Assembly (NCBI GenBank): GCA_032718475.1 | Contig: JAUCBJ010006436.1 | Span: 1-62,852, forward strand | Source: Nemertoderma westbladi | Taxonomy: Eukaryota; Animalia; Xenacoelomorpha | DNA: 62,852 nt | Direction of reading: 5' to 3' | Shown: positions 27,938-41,120 of the stretch, piece after piece | Position numbering within the stretch: position 1 is the first letter of the stretch | Layout of the letters: each line of letters opens with the position of its first letter | Program-made: the position numbers and the translations under genes | Notes under the pieces: generated by a model | Told to the model about the DNA's origin: nothing | What the model saw: the letters and a program-made list of their open reading frames with translations, nothing else | The model's database searches: none

Positions 27938-30900
27938 ATGCCAAAACGGAGTTACAGTTCCGAGTCCGACGAGGACGATGATTCCAAAGTCAAATCCCGT
28001 CGAAGCGAAATATCCGACGTGGAGAATTCCTTGGAGTCGCTGATTCTCCGAGTGGGAAAGAAAAGTAAATCGTCGTTAGAGAGCAACCTGGAAGGGTTGG
28101 CCTCGGTGCTGGAAACAGACCTGCACAGCTACAAAGGGAAGATACTAAAGATACTGTGTCATTGCGTGGTACGAGTCCCCAGCGAGATGACGGTGTACAC
28201 GACGCTAGTCGGTCTGCTCAACGCGTCCTCCTTCAACTTTGGCGCGGAATTCGTCGAGATGGCCAGTCGATTACTCAAGGATTGTCTCAACGCTGGCGAG
28301 TTCAGCGACGCACTCTCCTGCGTCCGCTTTCTCTCGGATCTAGTTAACTGCCACGTTGTAGAATCGGCGTCTCTTATCGCGATGTACCAATCGTTCGTAT
28401 CCGTTGCCACTTCGCAACCAGACTGCGGGCGCATACAATCCGACTGCTACGTCCTCGCGGTCCTATCCTCCTTGCCGTGGTCCGGCAAGACGTTAAGCGT
28501 GACGAAACCCGCGGAACTCAACAACCTCCTGACCAACATCGAGACCTACCTCGGTGGTCGGGACCGCTCGTTCCTCCCGATGGTACGCGTTTGGTCCACG
28601 GACACCCCGCACCCCCAGGAGGAGCACCTGGACTGTCTGTGGGCCCAGATTCGGAAACTCCAGTCCCTCCAATGGGAGGAGACCCTGATTGTACGACCCT
28701 ACCTCGCGTTCGTAGGCAACCTATCCGAGGCCTTGCAGCACGCTCTACCGCCCTTCTCCCCGACTGTCAACCCCGACCACGTCTACCCACTGCCCCGTTG
28801 CGTCTACCGAATGTTCGACTACGCCGATTGTCCATCAGATATGCCGCTACTTCCTGGCCACCACTCAATCGAGCGATGTCTCCTAGAGGAGCAGATCTCT
28901 CAGATCATCTCGGACCACCGCTTAGAACGACGACTCTGCGCCAAGGCCCTAGTGGCACATCCCCATTACGATAAACTCCCCATGAACTATATGATAGTGG
29001 AGGTTATCTTCGGGCAGCTGTTGAGTCGCGAGAGCCCGGTTTATCTCGAGGTTTTCTACGGTTCTCTTCTTATCGAACTCTGTAAGGAGCGACCCACTAC
29101 GATACCCGTAATTCTCGCACAGACCGTCCAACTCCTTTACGAACGTCTCGATACCATGCATATAACCTGCATTGATCGATTCGCTACCTGGTGAGTTATT
29201 ATTATTTGTTAAAGAATGATAACTGTTCAATTCACAATATTATTGTAATGGGTAGGCCTAATTATTTAAACTAGTATTTTATCAAATTGTATCAAATTTT
29301 AACCCCAATATTTATTTACTTGTAATATGGATCTATCGGGTCTGGAATAAACAAATATTTACGGTCGCTTGGGAATAATAATGTAAATGTAATTATTCGT
29401 GTCATTTAGTTTTTTGTAACACGTAATATGTGTGGCTCTATAAAATATTGGACAACGAAATACTTATTTGACCCTAATTATTATTTGCCTTTGCTTTATA
29501 ACTTTGTTCTTACCCCACTCCCGCACCCACACTGATCTACCATCTGCCTATCTAACAACTATATCTATAGCTATACATATCATATATCATCATATCATAC
29601 ATATCATATACATATAGCTATAACTATATATATACCCCACAGGTTCCTCAAATTAAACATATTTTTGAAAATAGTTCTAGTAAGAATAGTATGCCATACC
29701 ATACTCCTGGAATATTTTTGTTATTGTTATTTTTGTTGTTTTATGGTTGCATTTCCAGATCGGGTGGGGTGGGTAGCGTGAGTGTGGGAGGGGCTGTTGA
29801 ATCCAAGAAGAGTCTGTCTAACTCCAAACCATCTACAAAACTATCCCCACAGGTTCGCCTACCATTTACCTAATTATAGTCTATCCCCACAGGTTCGCCT
29901 ACTATTTACCTAATTATAGTCCATCCCCACAGGTTCGCCTACCATTTACCTAATTATAGTCTATCCCCACAGGTTCGCCTACCATTTACCTAATTATAGT
30001 CTATCCCCACAGGTTCGCCTACCATTTACCTAATTATAGTATATCCCCACAGGTTCGCCTACCATTTACCTAATTATAGTCTATCCCCACAGGTTCGCCT
30101 ACCATTTACCTAATTACAGTCTATCCCCACAGGTTCGCCTACCATTTACCTAATTATAGTCTATCCCCACAGGTTCGCCTACCATTTACCTAAATATAGT
30201 CTATCCCCACAGGTTCGCCTACCATTTACCTAACTAATTATAGTCTATCCCCACAGGTTCGCCTACCATTTACCTAATTATAGTCTATCCCCACAGGTTC
30301 GCCTACCATTTACCTAAATATAGTCCATTCCCACAGGTTCGCCTACCATTTACCTAATTATAGTCTATCCCCACAGGTTCGCCTACCATTTACCTAAATA
30401 TAGTCCATCCCCACAGGTTCGCCTACCATTTACCTAATTATAGTCTATCCCCACAGGTTCGCCTACCATTTACCTAATTATAGTCTATCCCCACAGGTTC
30501 GCCTACCATTTACCTAATTATAGTCTATCCCCACAGGTTCGCCTACCATTTACCTAAATATAGTCTATCCCCACAGGTTCGCCTACCATTTACCTAACTA
30601 ATTATAGTCTATCCCCACAGGTTCGCCTACCATTTACCTAATTATAATCTACCCCCACAGGTTCGCCTACCATTTACCTAATTATAGTCCATCCCCACAG
30701 GTTCGCCTACCATTTACCTAATTATAGTCCATCCCCACAGGTTCGCCTACCATTTACCTAATTATAGTCTATCCCCACAGGTTCGCCTACCATTTACCTA
30801 ATTATAGTCCATCCCCACAGGTTCGCCTACCATTTACCTAATTATAGTCTATCCCCACAGGTTCGCCTACTATTTACCTAATTATAGTCCATCCCCACAG

Positions 30901-33783
30901 GTTCGCCTACCATTTACCTAATTATAGTCCATCCCCACAGGTTCGCCTACCATTTACCTAATTATAGTCCATCCCCACAGGTTCGCCTACCATTTACCTA
31001 ATTATAGTCTATCCCCACAGGTTCGCCTACCATTTACCTAATTATAGTCCATCCCCACAGGTTCGCCTACCATTTACCTAATTATAGTCTATCCCCACAG
31101 GTTCGCCTACTATTTACCTAATTATAGTCCATCCCCACAGGTTCGCCTACCATTTACCTAATTATAGTCCATCCCCACAGGTTCGCCTACCATTTACCTA
31201 ATTATAGTCCATCCCCACAGGTTCGCCTACCATTTACCTAATTATAGTCCATCCCCACAGGTTCGCCTACCATTTACCTAATTATAGTCCATCCCCACAG
31301 GTTCGCCTACCATTTACCTAATTATAGTCTATCCCCACAGGTTCGCCTACCATTTACCTAATTATAGTCTATCCCCACAGGTTCGCCTACCATTTACCTA
31401 ATTATAGTCTATCCCCACAGGTTCGCCTACCATTTACCTAATTATAGTCTATCCCCACAGGTTCGCCTACCATTTACCTAATTATAGTCTATCCCCACAG
31501 GTTCGCCTACCATTTACCTAATTATAGTCTATCCCCACAGGTTCGCCTACCATTTACCTAATTATAGTCTATCCCCACAGGTTCGCCTACTATTTACCTA
31601 ATTATAGTCTATCCCCACAGGTTCGCCTACCATTTACCTAATTATAATCTACCCCCACAGGTTCGCCTACCATTTACCTAATTATAGTCCATCCCCACAG
31701 GTTCGCCTACCATTTACCTAATTATAGTCTATCTCCACAGGTTCGCCTACCATTTACCTAAATATAGTCCATCCCCACAGGTTCGCCTACCATTTACCTA
31801 ATTATAGTCTATCCCCACAGGTTCGCCTACCATTTACCTAATTATAGTCTATCCCCACAGGTTCGCCTACTATTTACCTAATTATAGTCCATCCCCACAG
31901 GTTCGCCTACCATTTACCTAATTATAGTCTATCCCCACAGGTTCGCCTACCATTTACCTAATTATAGTCTATCCCCACAGGTTCGCCTACCATTTACCTA
32001 ACTAATTATAGTCTATCCCCACAGGTTCGCCTACCATTTACCTAATTATAGTCTATCCCCACAGGTTCGCCTACTATTTACCTAATTATAGTCCATCCCC
32101 ACAGGTTCGCCTACCATTTACCTAATTATAGTCTATCCCCACAGGTTCGCCTACCATTTACCTAACTAATTATAGTCTATCCCCACAGGTTCGCCTACCA
32201 TTTACCTAATTATAGTCTATCCCCACAGGTTCGCCTACCATTTACCTAATTATAGTCTATCCCCACAGGTTCGCCTACCATTTACCTAATTATAGTCTAT
32301 CCCCACAGGTTCGCCTACCATTTACCTAATTATAGTCTATCCCCACAGGTTCGCCTACCATTTACCTAATTATAGTCTATCCCAACAGGTTCGCCTACCA
32401 TTTACCTAATTATAGTCCATCCCCACAGGTTCGCCTACCATTTACCTAATTATAGTCTATCCCCACAGGTTCGCCTACCATTTACCTAACTAATTATAGT
32501 CTATCCCCACAGGTTCGCCTACCATTTACCTAATTATAGTATATCCCCACAGGTTCGCCTACCATTTACCTAATTATAGTCTATCCCCACAGGTTCGCCT
32601 ACTATTTACCTAATTATAGTCTATCCCCGCAGGTTCGCCTACCATTTGCCTAATTATAGTCTATCCCCACAGGTTCGCCTATCATCTGTCTAACTTCCAG
32701 TACCGCTGGGCCTGGGACGATTGGCTGGACTGCATGCAACCCAATCGAGACAACAATTCCCCCAAGCTCTGGTTCGTCCGCGAGGTACTCGCCAAGTGTC
32801 TTCGACTCTCCTACTACCAGCGCGTCTGCGAGTTTCTACCGGAGACCTATCTGATGCTGGTACCCCCGGAACCGATGCCGGACTACCGGTACAAGTCTGA
32901 GAACCGACAGGTGGAGGGAGGGGAGGATGACATTGTGGGGATCGCTGAATCCTTGATAATGACTATAAAAGCAAAGGGTAACATACAGGAGGTTGTCGAG
33001 GTCCTCAAACGTTGTCCCAAACCGGTTGACGAATTTGATGAGGGTGAAAACTTAGTTAACTCCATCGCTATCGACGTCTTCACTCAGACGTTGTTCTTCC
33101 TCGGCGCTAAGAGCATCAGCCATTCGTTCAGCGCACTCGCTAAGTTCCACACCGTGTTCCGAGCTCTAGCGGAGACAGAGGAGTCCCAGATCCTGATGTT
33201 GAAGTCAATATACGACTTGTGGAAGAACCACCATATGATGTTGATTCTTCTGGTCGATAAACTCGTTAAGAGTCAGATCGTCACGTGTCGTTCGGTGGCT
33301 AATTGGTTGTTTTCCAACGACATGTCCGGAGACTTTACGAGGATGTACGTCTGGGAGATAATGAACTCGACGCTCAAGAAGATGAATAAACACGTGTTGC
33401 GTTTACAGACGGAGTTGGACGCCGTTGAAGAGAAGCTCGGTAAGACAGCCATGGTGGACGCACCTTCCGACATCCAGGCCGAGGCTGAAGCTTTGCAGGA
33501 GCGATTGGAACAGGCTCAAGCCGAACAGAAGAATCTATTCCTTATTGTGTTCCAACGTTTCATTATGGTCTTGGGTTCCCAGTCCATGTCCAAGGAGGAT
33601 GACCCCGATGGTAACACAGAGTCCTGGTTCAGAGTTGTTACTGAACGTCTCCAGGAGTTGTTCCTCGTCTACAACCAACAGATAGTGAGGTACACCTCCA
33701 CTCTGGAGAATCTCCTCTTTACTTCCGATATAGACTCACATATTCTAACTGTTTTCTACCAATATAAAGCCCTTCGCTCGTAA
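27938..33783 (+). CDS. NCBP1: Nuclear cap-binding protein subunit 1 (CBP80), join(27938..29190, 32673..33783), ~787 aa
   Basis: LESLILRVG..SSLESNLEGLA, PHPQEEHLDCLWAQI and YRMFDY motifs. Donor TG|GTGAGT at 29191 and acceptor CCCCACAG|G at 32672 rebuild [22 protein letters not shown]; C-terminus LLFTSDIDSHILTVFYQYKALRS. Confidence 0.96.
29841..32660 (+). repeat. 40-bp intronic satellite derived from the NCBP1 3' splice site plus exon-2 start, ~70 copies
   Basis: Unit CTATCCCCACAG-GTTCGCCTACCATTTACCTAATTATAGT; five 44-bp variants carry an extra ACTA; the array runs directly into the true exon CTATCCCCACAG-GTTCGCCTATCATCTGTCTAAC. Confidence 0.97.
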
Positions 33784-33875
33784 ATAACTTGCAAATAGAC
33801 TGCGCTTCATCATTGGAAGTAAAACGGACGGCTTAAATAATTTACATTACAGTGTAGTTATTCGTATTATTTAAT

Positions 33876-35423
33876 TAGGGTTGGCGCTGGAAACATTGGA
33901 TAAAATGGGTGTAAACGTTAAGCAGACAGTGGTGCATACACCTGATGCAGACGGTGGTGCAGAGCAGACACTGGTGCAGACAATGGTGCAGACAATGGTG
34001 CTGACAGTAGTGCAGACAGTGGTGCAGACAATGGTACAGACACTGTGCAGACACAGGTGCAGACACTGGTGCAGACAGTAGTGCAGACAGTGGTGCAGAC
34101 AGTGGTGCAGACAGTGGTGCAGACACTGGTGCAGACAGTGGTGAAGACACTGGTGCAGATAGTGGTGCAGACAGTGGTGCTGACACTGGTGCAGACAGTG
34201 GTGCAGACACTGGTGCAGACAGTGGTGCAGACACTGGTGCAGACAGTGGTGCAGACACTGGTGCAGACACCTGGTGAAAATACTGAAATACCAGAGTACC
34301 ACAAAACACAATACCACCAGGCACTATTTATTATATTATATTTTATCATAGACTTTATTTTCTGCAAATATGCGAGTAACTACTGAAAGGTTCTACATGA
34401 AGTAGGGAGGACGTATGTAGTACAATACGGGGTGCGTGGGGGTGAATGTGCCATGATTACAAATAATTATAAGTGGTGTGTACGGTACGAAAGTAATTAA
34501 TCGGTATTCCCGTTTTCGGTTTTCATATAAACAATAATGTCTCCAAGGAATGAGGCTTAAGCGACAGCGTTTGATTGTTTATACATGACCTACTTTATAC
34601 AGAGTATGTTTAATTTGTTTACCTTTACTGGATCCACTGCTTATTATAATAAAACGAGCTAATTAAGTTATTATCCCATGCTGAGGATATACATTCACTG
34701 ACTACAGTAAGGTCTCAGGAATTCTTAGCCCGCGAGTATTCTTAGCCCGCGAGTATTCTTATCCCGTGGGTATTCGTAGCCCGCAAAACAATAACGTTTA
34801 TTGTTTTGGTTCCCCCAATACTCCTCTAAAACCTGCCTCTTTACTAACCTGCTCCTTTACTAACCTGCTCCTTCACTGTCTGCACCACTGTCTGCACCAG
34901 TGTCTGCACCAGTGTCTGCACCACTGTCTGCACCACTGTCTGCACCACTGTCTGCACCACTGTCTGCACCAGGTGTCTGCACCACTGCGTGCACCAGGTG
35001 TCTGCACCACTGTCTGCACCAGTGTCTGCATCAGTGTCTGCACCACTATCTGCACCAGGTGTCTGCACCACTGTCTGCACCAGGTGTATGCACCACTGTA
35101 TGCACCACTGTATGCACCACTGTCTGCACCAGTGTCTGCACCACTGTCTGCACCAGTGGCTGCACCACTGTATGCACCACTGTCTGCACCACTGTCTGCA
35201 CCACTGTCTGCACCAGGTGTCTGCACCACTGTCTGCACCAGGTGTATGCACCACTGTATGCACCACTGTCTGCACCACTGTCTGCACCAGGTGTCTGCAC
35301 CAGTATCTGCTTAACGTTTACACCCGGATAAAATGTAGCGAAAGCGTATGTTTGTGTTTGTCTGTTAAAATGCGAAAACAAAATATAATAGTATATTAAA
35401 TATTTTTCCACGCACCAACCCTG
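33876..35423. mobile_element. Foldback element with inverted arrays of the 12-bp repeat GGTGCAGACAGT
   Basis: Ends TAGGGTTGG / CCAACCCTG; GGGTGTAAACGTTAAGCAGA inverted as TCTGCTTAACGTTTACACCC; arrays at 33923-34275 and 34874-35310 in opposite orientation; no clear TSD. Confidence 0.75.
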
Positions 35424-36952
35424 CAATATTTTAATAATTATATTTTTGGTTTCATTATTTAGAAATATAATCTCATTGCTTCTTTAGTAATTGCAGTTTT
35501 AAACAATCCAACCAAATATTCTAAATGTTAAGTAATAATATGGAATAAATGCACCTCGATATTCATTGTGAATTTCACGACCAGCGCCACACCAAACCCA
35601 CAAAGAGTCCCGCTATACATTCAGATAAGGTGTTGGATAAGGTACGCGTTGTGCACTTTATCAAAATGTATCCCTATCCAGGGGAAAATCGACCCAAATA
35701 ATAGCTGATTACTGTAATATTGACTTTAGTTTATTGTTTTAGCTAGAATAACGTGCCACTGTAACCTGTTCTGCTCAGTGTTCCTTTTCCATAATTGATA
35801 ATTTAACATTGAGACAGTTTAATATTAATTCGCCGAGATTGTTTACAGTCTAATCAGTTCGAAAACCTATATGTATCTACCTAGTCTAACTATAATCTAT
35901 GTATCTACCTACAGTAGTATGACTAATCTATGTATCTACCTACAGTAGTATGACTAATCTATGTATCCAATGTCCCATTCAAAACGTTTGTTGCAATAAC
36001 TTTATCTTGTAGACTTGTTTTATATAAAAACATTATTTTATAATTTATACATCTTCATTGTCTTCAACAACATAACATATAGGATTCCCCTAAAGCTTTT
36101 CAGCGTATTTCAAAGAGAGTTGTAGGTGTGACTTATTTACAAATACAATATTACATTTTCACACAACGATCAACATAAACCACAGGAATGCATTGTGAGT
36201 CTGTGTATGGCCGTGGCCCGCTAAGTTGTAAAAAGTACCGCGAATAACAATGCACTTTACGAAATGGGTCGTAGTTTCTACGGATTTCCCCAACGATGTT
36301 AACTTTTAGAAGTTATAAATAATTTACCAACTAAGTTAGTTTATGTTTTACAGTTTTACTACCAATAAGAGCATTTGTCACCGTCAACAACATACAGTAA
36401 AAGATACCGGTACGCATACATAATATAAAGTATGCATGTACAGAAAGCACAACCATGGTTATGGGTCTGCCAATAGTGCAGACCGTAAACAACAGGCTTT
36501 AAATTCAAATAACCCGCCAAAAATACGCATTTATATTCAACCATTAACATAATTGCATGGCTTTCATGTCTTTTTTCTGTTCTTTACCTTTTGGGAAATG
36601 CTTGCCAATGGCATGGCTGTTCCATAATTTGAATTTGGGGGAAAATTCAATAATTTACAAAACCATTAATATGCTATGTCTAGTGTTTACAGAAACATCC
36701 GCATTCGTTCGGCTTGTGTATCTGTTGTATCTTGTATGTTTTTATGGCTTCCAAGTCACATCTCAAAATACAGTATACCACCAACAGTTATACACCAGAT
36801 GGCTTGACATATGGTTGCCTAGCAACTAAAAACCAAATACACACCTATCTTTTGTATGTAGTAGATGATATTATACAGAATCTGACACATTTAGTATTTA
36901 TAAATCTTTCAATGTCCATCTTTGCTGAACTAATTAATTGTACCAGAGAGTT

Positions 36953-37903
36953 ATGAGTGATTTTCTAAATGACGACCTGCTACGTATTGTCCACGCTCAA
37001 CCCTGCATCAGTACGGCTACGTCAAGCACCTTGACAACCAGCGTGGTAAACAGAAACGACGCGACACCGATTAGCCTTAAATCCAACGTGACTTATATTG
37101 TTGGCGGAATCGCTATCAACGGTAACGATGAAGTTCTAATGATACAGGAAGCCAAGCGATCGTGTCGTGGTCGATGGTACCTACCCGCAGGTAGAATGGA
37201 GCGCGGGGAGACGATTTTAGAAGGTTTAAAACGCGAGGTTTTGGAGGAATCGGGGTTCCTTTTTATACCGGAGTATTTACTCTGCGTAGAAGCACAGTCG
37301 CGATGGTTCCGGTTTACTTACGTAGGTACCGTTACCGGTACCATCAAGACACATGCAGATAGCGAGTCTTTGCAAGCAGATTGGTTTAGCGAGTCGCAGA
37401 TCCTTGAAGATCTCGCTGTTCGAAGTCCTGATATATTTCCACTAATTCGTCGAGCACTCGCCCGCAAACACTCTACCCCGACCCTTCGAGTTCTGCCTCA
37501 TCCTCAGTCGCACTCAGGACTTTTTTTAAGAATTATTTTAGTGATGAAAAGGTCTTGCGACCTATTCGTATTGACTTCTGAAACAGGGAGTTTACCAATA
37601 ATTCAACTTGTGTTCAATCAGAGTATTCAGGGATGTATATTAAACTCATTACAACTTCCCCCATCTACGTTTACCGATAATATGAAGGTTGTCCATATGG
37701 AACACAGTCCAGGCAATTCTGACCCCCCTACAGATGGTTTTCATATAACTTTACTGGTAGAGTTATCACCAGATAATATAAACTTTGGGAACATATTAAA
37801 TCTCACTGGAATTTCAGACATAGGAGTTAAATCTGGATTGGAAAACTTGTTATCTAACAAGAATTTGTTGCCAGAGTTCTTGTGTTTCATGGACTGGTTC
37901 TGA
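36953..37903 (+). CDS. NUDT18: Nudix hydrolase, NUDT18/MTH3-like (8-oxo-dGDP phosphatase family), single coding exon, ~316 aa
   Basis: VLMIQEAKRSCRGRWYLPAGRMERGETILEGLKREVLEESG (Nudix box with NUDT18-type upstream motif), WFRFTY and ADSESLQADW; first ATG at 36953. Confidence 0.88.
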   Translation: MSDFLNDDLLRIVHAQPCISTATSSTLTTSVVNRNDATPISLKSNVTYIVGGIAINGNDEVLMIQEAKRSCRGRWYLPAGRMERGETILEGLKREVLEESGFLFIPEYLLCVEAQSRWFRFTYVGTVTGTIKTHADSESLQADWFSESQILEDLAVRSPDIFPLIRRALARKHSTPTLRVLPHPQSHSGLFLRIILVMKRSCDLFVLTSETGSLPIIQLVFNQSIQGCILNSLQLPPSTFTDNMKVVHMEHSPGNSDPPTDGFHITLLVELSPDNINFGNILNLTGISDIGVKSGLENLLSNKNLLPEFLCFMDWF

Positions 37904-38329
37904 AGGCGGAATCGTAATCAATATGATATAATATGGAAATATGGAAACAAGTCATAAAACATTAATTGAAAGGAGGCTATACAGGCTACATAGGGGGCTA
38001 TACAGTTGTGTAAGAGTTGCCCACCAATTAATTAATTAAAACTACAGTAATTAGGACTAATTATGCCAATTTATGCTCATGAAAGTAATATAAAAATTCA
38101 TATTTGGTATTTATTCAATATGATAATTATATATAATATAATTAATTTGAAAAGTGATATTTGTTAATTTTATTGTCATGACGTCACGTAATATTCACAA
38201 GATTCATTACCAGCTTTTAAAAAAAATTGACATTGACTGTAATCGGCCCGCTGCAGTGCATCTGCGCATTGATATTGGTATGTTGGCTTAACAATAAGTT
38301 TGTGCTGCCACTACGTAGCATTCGTTAAG

Positions 38330-38480
38330 AATGCTATGTATGCCGGCTCATTGACAAAATTGCACCGCCACAACTCCATATCCCCATAACTTTCGCGAGA
38401 TTATCCACATCTTTAAGGCCAGTGTCCTTTAAGAAGCGTATTAAGAAAGTCATGGACTGTCCACCATGCTTATTCTATCT
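38330..38480 (-). mobile_element. Short diverged RTE 3' fragment
   Basis: Similar to 39066-39215 (TTAAGAATGCT..GCCGGCT..GACAAAATTGC..GTCCACCATGCTTATTC). Confidence 0.6.
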
Positions 38481-39026
38481 CTCCATGACTAGTTATATTT
38501 AATCTGCCGTTAAATTTGACGGCTAATTCCTATTGGTCGATATATTAATATTTTGTGGCGGACTTTTTATCCACATTTTATTCACAATAATTTATCTTGC
38601 GTTCTCTTCTCAGTAATTTAATAACCAATTTAATTCTCCAATAATTAGACACATAAATGATGGTAATTTTACAATTATTCCATCGCAGTTATTACTTTGT
38701 GTCGATAAAACCATCTGATACGATACCTGATTAGTATAAACAATATATACTAGGCATCAATCATTAAGAACCAAAAAAAAATGTTGTAGTAAGTAGTCAT
38801 TTCGCCGCACAGGTATACAGTATAACTGCTGTATGTTTACGGTGCCAGACAGCTTGGTTGTGTTGTGTTCCTTCAGTGAGAGAGAGATGTAGGGGGAGAG
38901 GGGGGGGGGGGGGGGGGGGGGGGCTGGGCTCGGCTCGGCTAATTGTTATATCGTATCAATCTTAAATTATCAATTAATGGAAAGGAAGGAGCAGGTTACA
39001 GAGGCACATTACAGTATTCTAACCAA

Positions 39027-41120
39027 CTACTACTAGGATCGGCATGCTGGATTGCAGCTGCAATTTTAAGAATGCTGTGCCGGCTTGTCGACAAAATTGC
39101 GCCACCACAACTCCCTATCACCCATGACATTTGCTAGATCATTCGCATCTTCAAGGCCAGTGTTCTTTAAGATGCGTCTCAAGAAAGTCATGGGCTGTCC
39201 ACCATGCTTATTCACTTCATGAGGCTGCCAAAGTACAACATTATGCACTGGCTGGTCCTCACGGCGAAAGCAATGTCCTGCAAAGCGGAGGCGATTTTGT
39301 TCTAGTCTCAGGCTTGGGGGAACCAATGAGACACCTCCAATGTTATATAGTGTCTGGTTGGAGATGTGTGCATTGTACTTGACACAATGAACCCGGCGTA
39401 GCATTCTTGTGAAAGTGCCATCCAGAGATTTGCTGTCCTCAGTAGTTAGAGCCCAGCATGGACTCCCATAGAGGAGTACTGGAACTACTGCTGCTCTAAA
39501 TAATCGGACCCTAAGTTTCCGATTAATTCTCGGTGACTTCCAAATCCTGGAAAGCCTTTTCAAGGCTGCCCATGCCTTTCCCTTACGTATTCGAAGGTCC
39601 TACCTGACTTCCGGATCCATGATCCCAGGTAACAGAAGTCGTCCACATGCTCAAGCATACCATCCGTTGAGCTTATGCTCATCCGATCAGAGACTTGCTG
39701 AGGACTTTCAAAGTTAACTGTCAAAATGTTGGTCTTTCTGGAGTTAATAAAAAGACCAACACTAGAAGCAGCATGTTCTAATGAGCTGAGGAGCCGTTGG
39801 GCTCCCTCTAGTGATTCTGAGAGTACTCCTAAGTCATCAGCAAAGTCTAGATCAGTTAGGTACTTGGCAGGATTTCCTCGACTTCTGGAACCAGTAGGTG
39901 CAGTTATCATCACCCCATCATCATTATAATGATCTAAGGACATGCGTAGAACATAGTCAACCACAATTATGAACAAGACTGGTGCAAGTGTGTCTCCCTG
40001 GAGGACGCCCCATAACACTTCAAATGGTTCTGTGTCACCGTCAACAGTAGACACAAATGTTGTCGAACCATCGTATACTGATCTGATTGCTGCAATAATT
40101 TCATCAGGAATCCCATATAATGAAAGTATGCTGAACATCGTGAGCGAGAGACTGAATCAAAGGCCTTGAAGAAGTCAACAAAGATAACAGCCAGATGCCT
40201 GTCTTTCTTTTTTGATAACTCTTCAATTATCCTTCTAAGTGCCAAAATGGGCTTCATGGTCCCACGACCTTTACGGAACCCATTCTGATTTCCACGGAGC
40301 AGTCTCTCAATGGGATCCCAGATGCGATTTAATAGAATTATATTGTATAGCTTTGCAGCAATCGAGATCAATGAGATTCCCCGAAAAGAACCATAGAGTG
40401 TTAGGTTGCCCTTCTTGGGAACTGGCACCAACTTATTTGTTTTCATTTCTTGTGGGACTCTTGTTGTTCGGTACATGTATACTATGATGGGATAGATGAG
40501 CTTTAAACACTCAGGTATTTTAAAGACCTCAGGGGGAACACCATCTACTCCACTGGCACGATTGGTCTCAATGCTCTTTGCAGCAGCCTTCACTTCTGCA
40601 AATGAGATATCGCCAATGGGAATATCTGGGAGTACAGACTCAGACACTTTTACTTCTATAAAGTTATCAGGCAATACCCTGTCATTATTGAGGAGCTTTT
40701 CAAAGTGGGCCTTCCAACCATTGAGGCGATCAGCTGGTGATTCAGCCTTAACCTTGGTGGTTGGTTTGCTTTTCTGCCCAGTAAGCAAGTTGATCGATTT
40801 CCATGCCTGGGATGATTTCCTGCTGTCGTCAGCATCATTGATGGCATCAACCTGTTGGTTTATTAGCTCCTGTAGATTGACAGAGTACTGCCTGTTCAGG
40901 GACCTACTGTAGATGGAGCCTTAACTGCATTCTTGGCCGCCGTAGTCTGTTTCAGTCGGGACTCTTTCTGCGCCTTGTAGAGGTCATTTCGGCACTTCTG
41001 AATTTTGTTGTCAGTCCAGGGGGCCCTTTTCTTGTTTCGAGGTAATACAGGAACTGTTTCTGCAGCTGCTAACTTAACCGCTTCTTATCACGAAGTATTT
41101 CCTACGAAACGGACCAATTA
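39027..41120 (-). mobile_element. 5'-truncated RTE-clade LINE, RT broken by two frameshifts, (TAG)n tail, 22-bp TSD
   Basis: RT motifs QNGFRKGR, FVDFFKAFDSV, GVLQGDTLAP, DFADD, YLGS and RLRFAGHCFR in three overlapping ORFs. TSD CACATTACAGTATTCTAACCAA at 39005-39026 and 41121-41142. Confidence 0.92.

Noticed and set aside
29841-32660. CRISPR-like array (regular 40-bp periodicity)
   Set aside because: No unique spacers, no cas genes, eukaryotic intron context; the unit derives from the NCBP1 splice junction.
33871-35426. His/Cys-rich (HHCL)n and related ORFs as metal-binding proteins
   Set aside because: The 12-bp repeat is open in nearly all frames on both strands and sits inside a foldback element.
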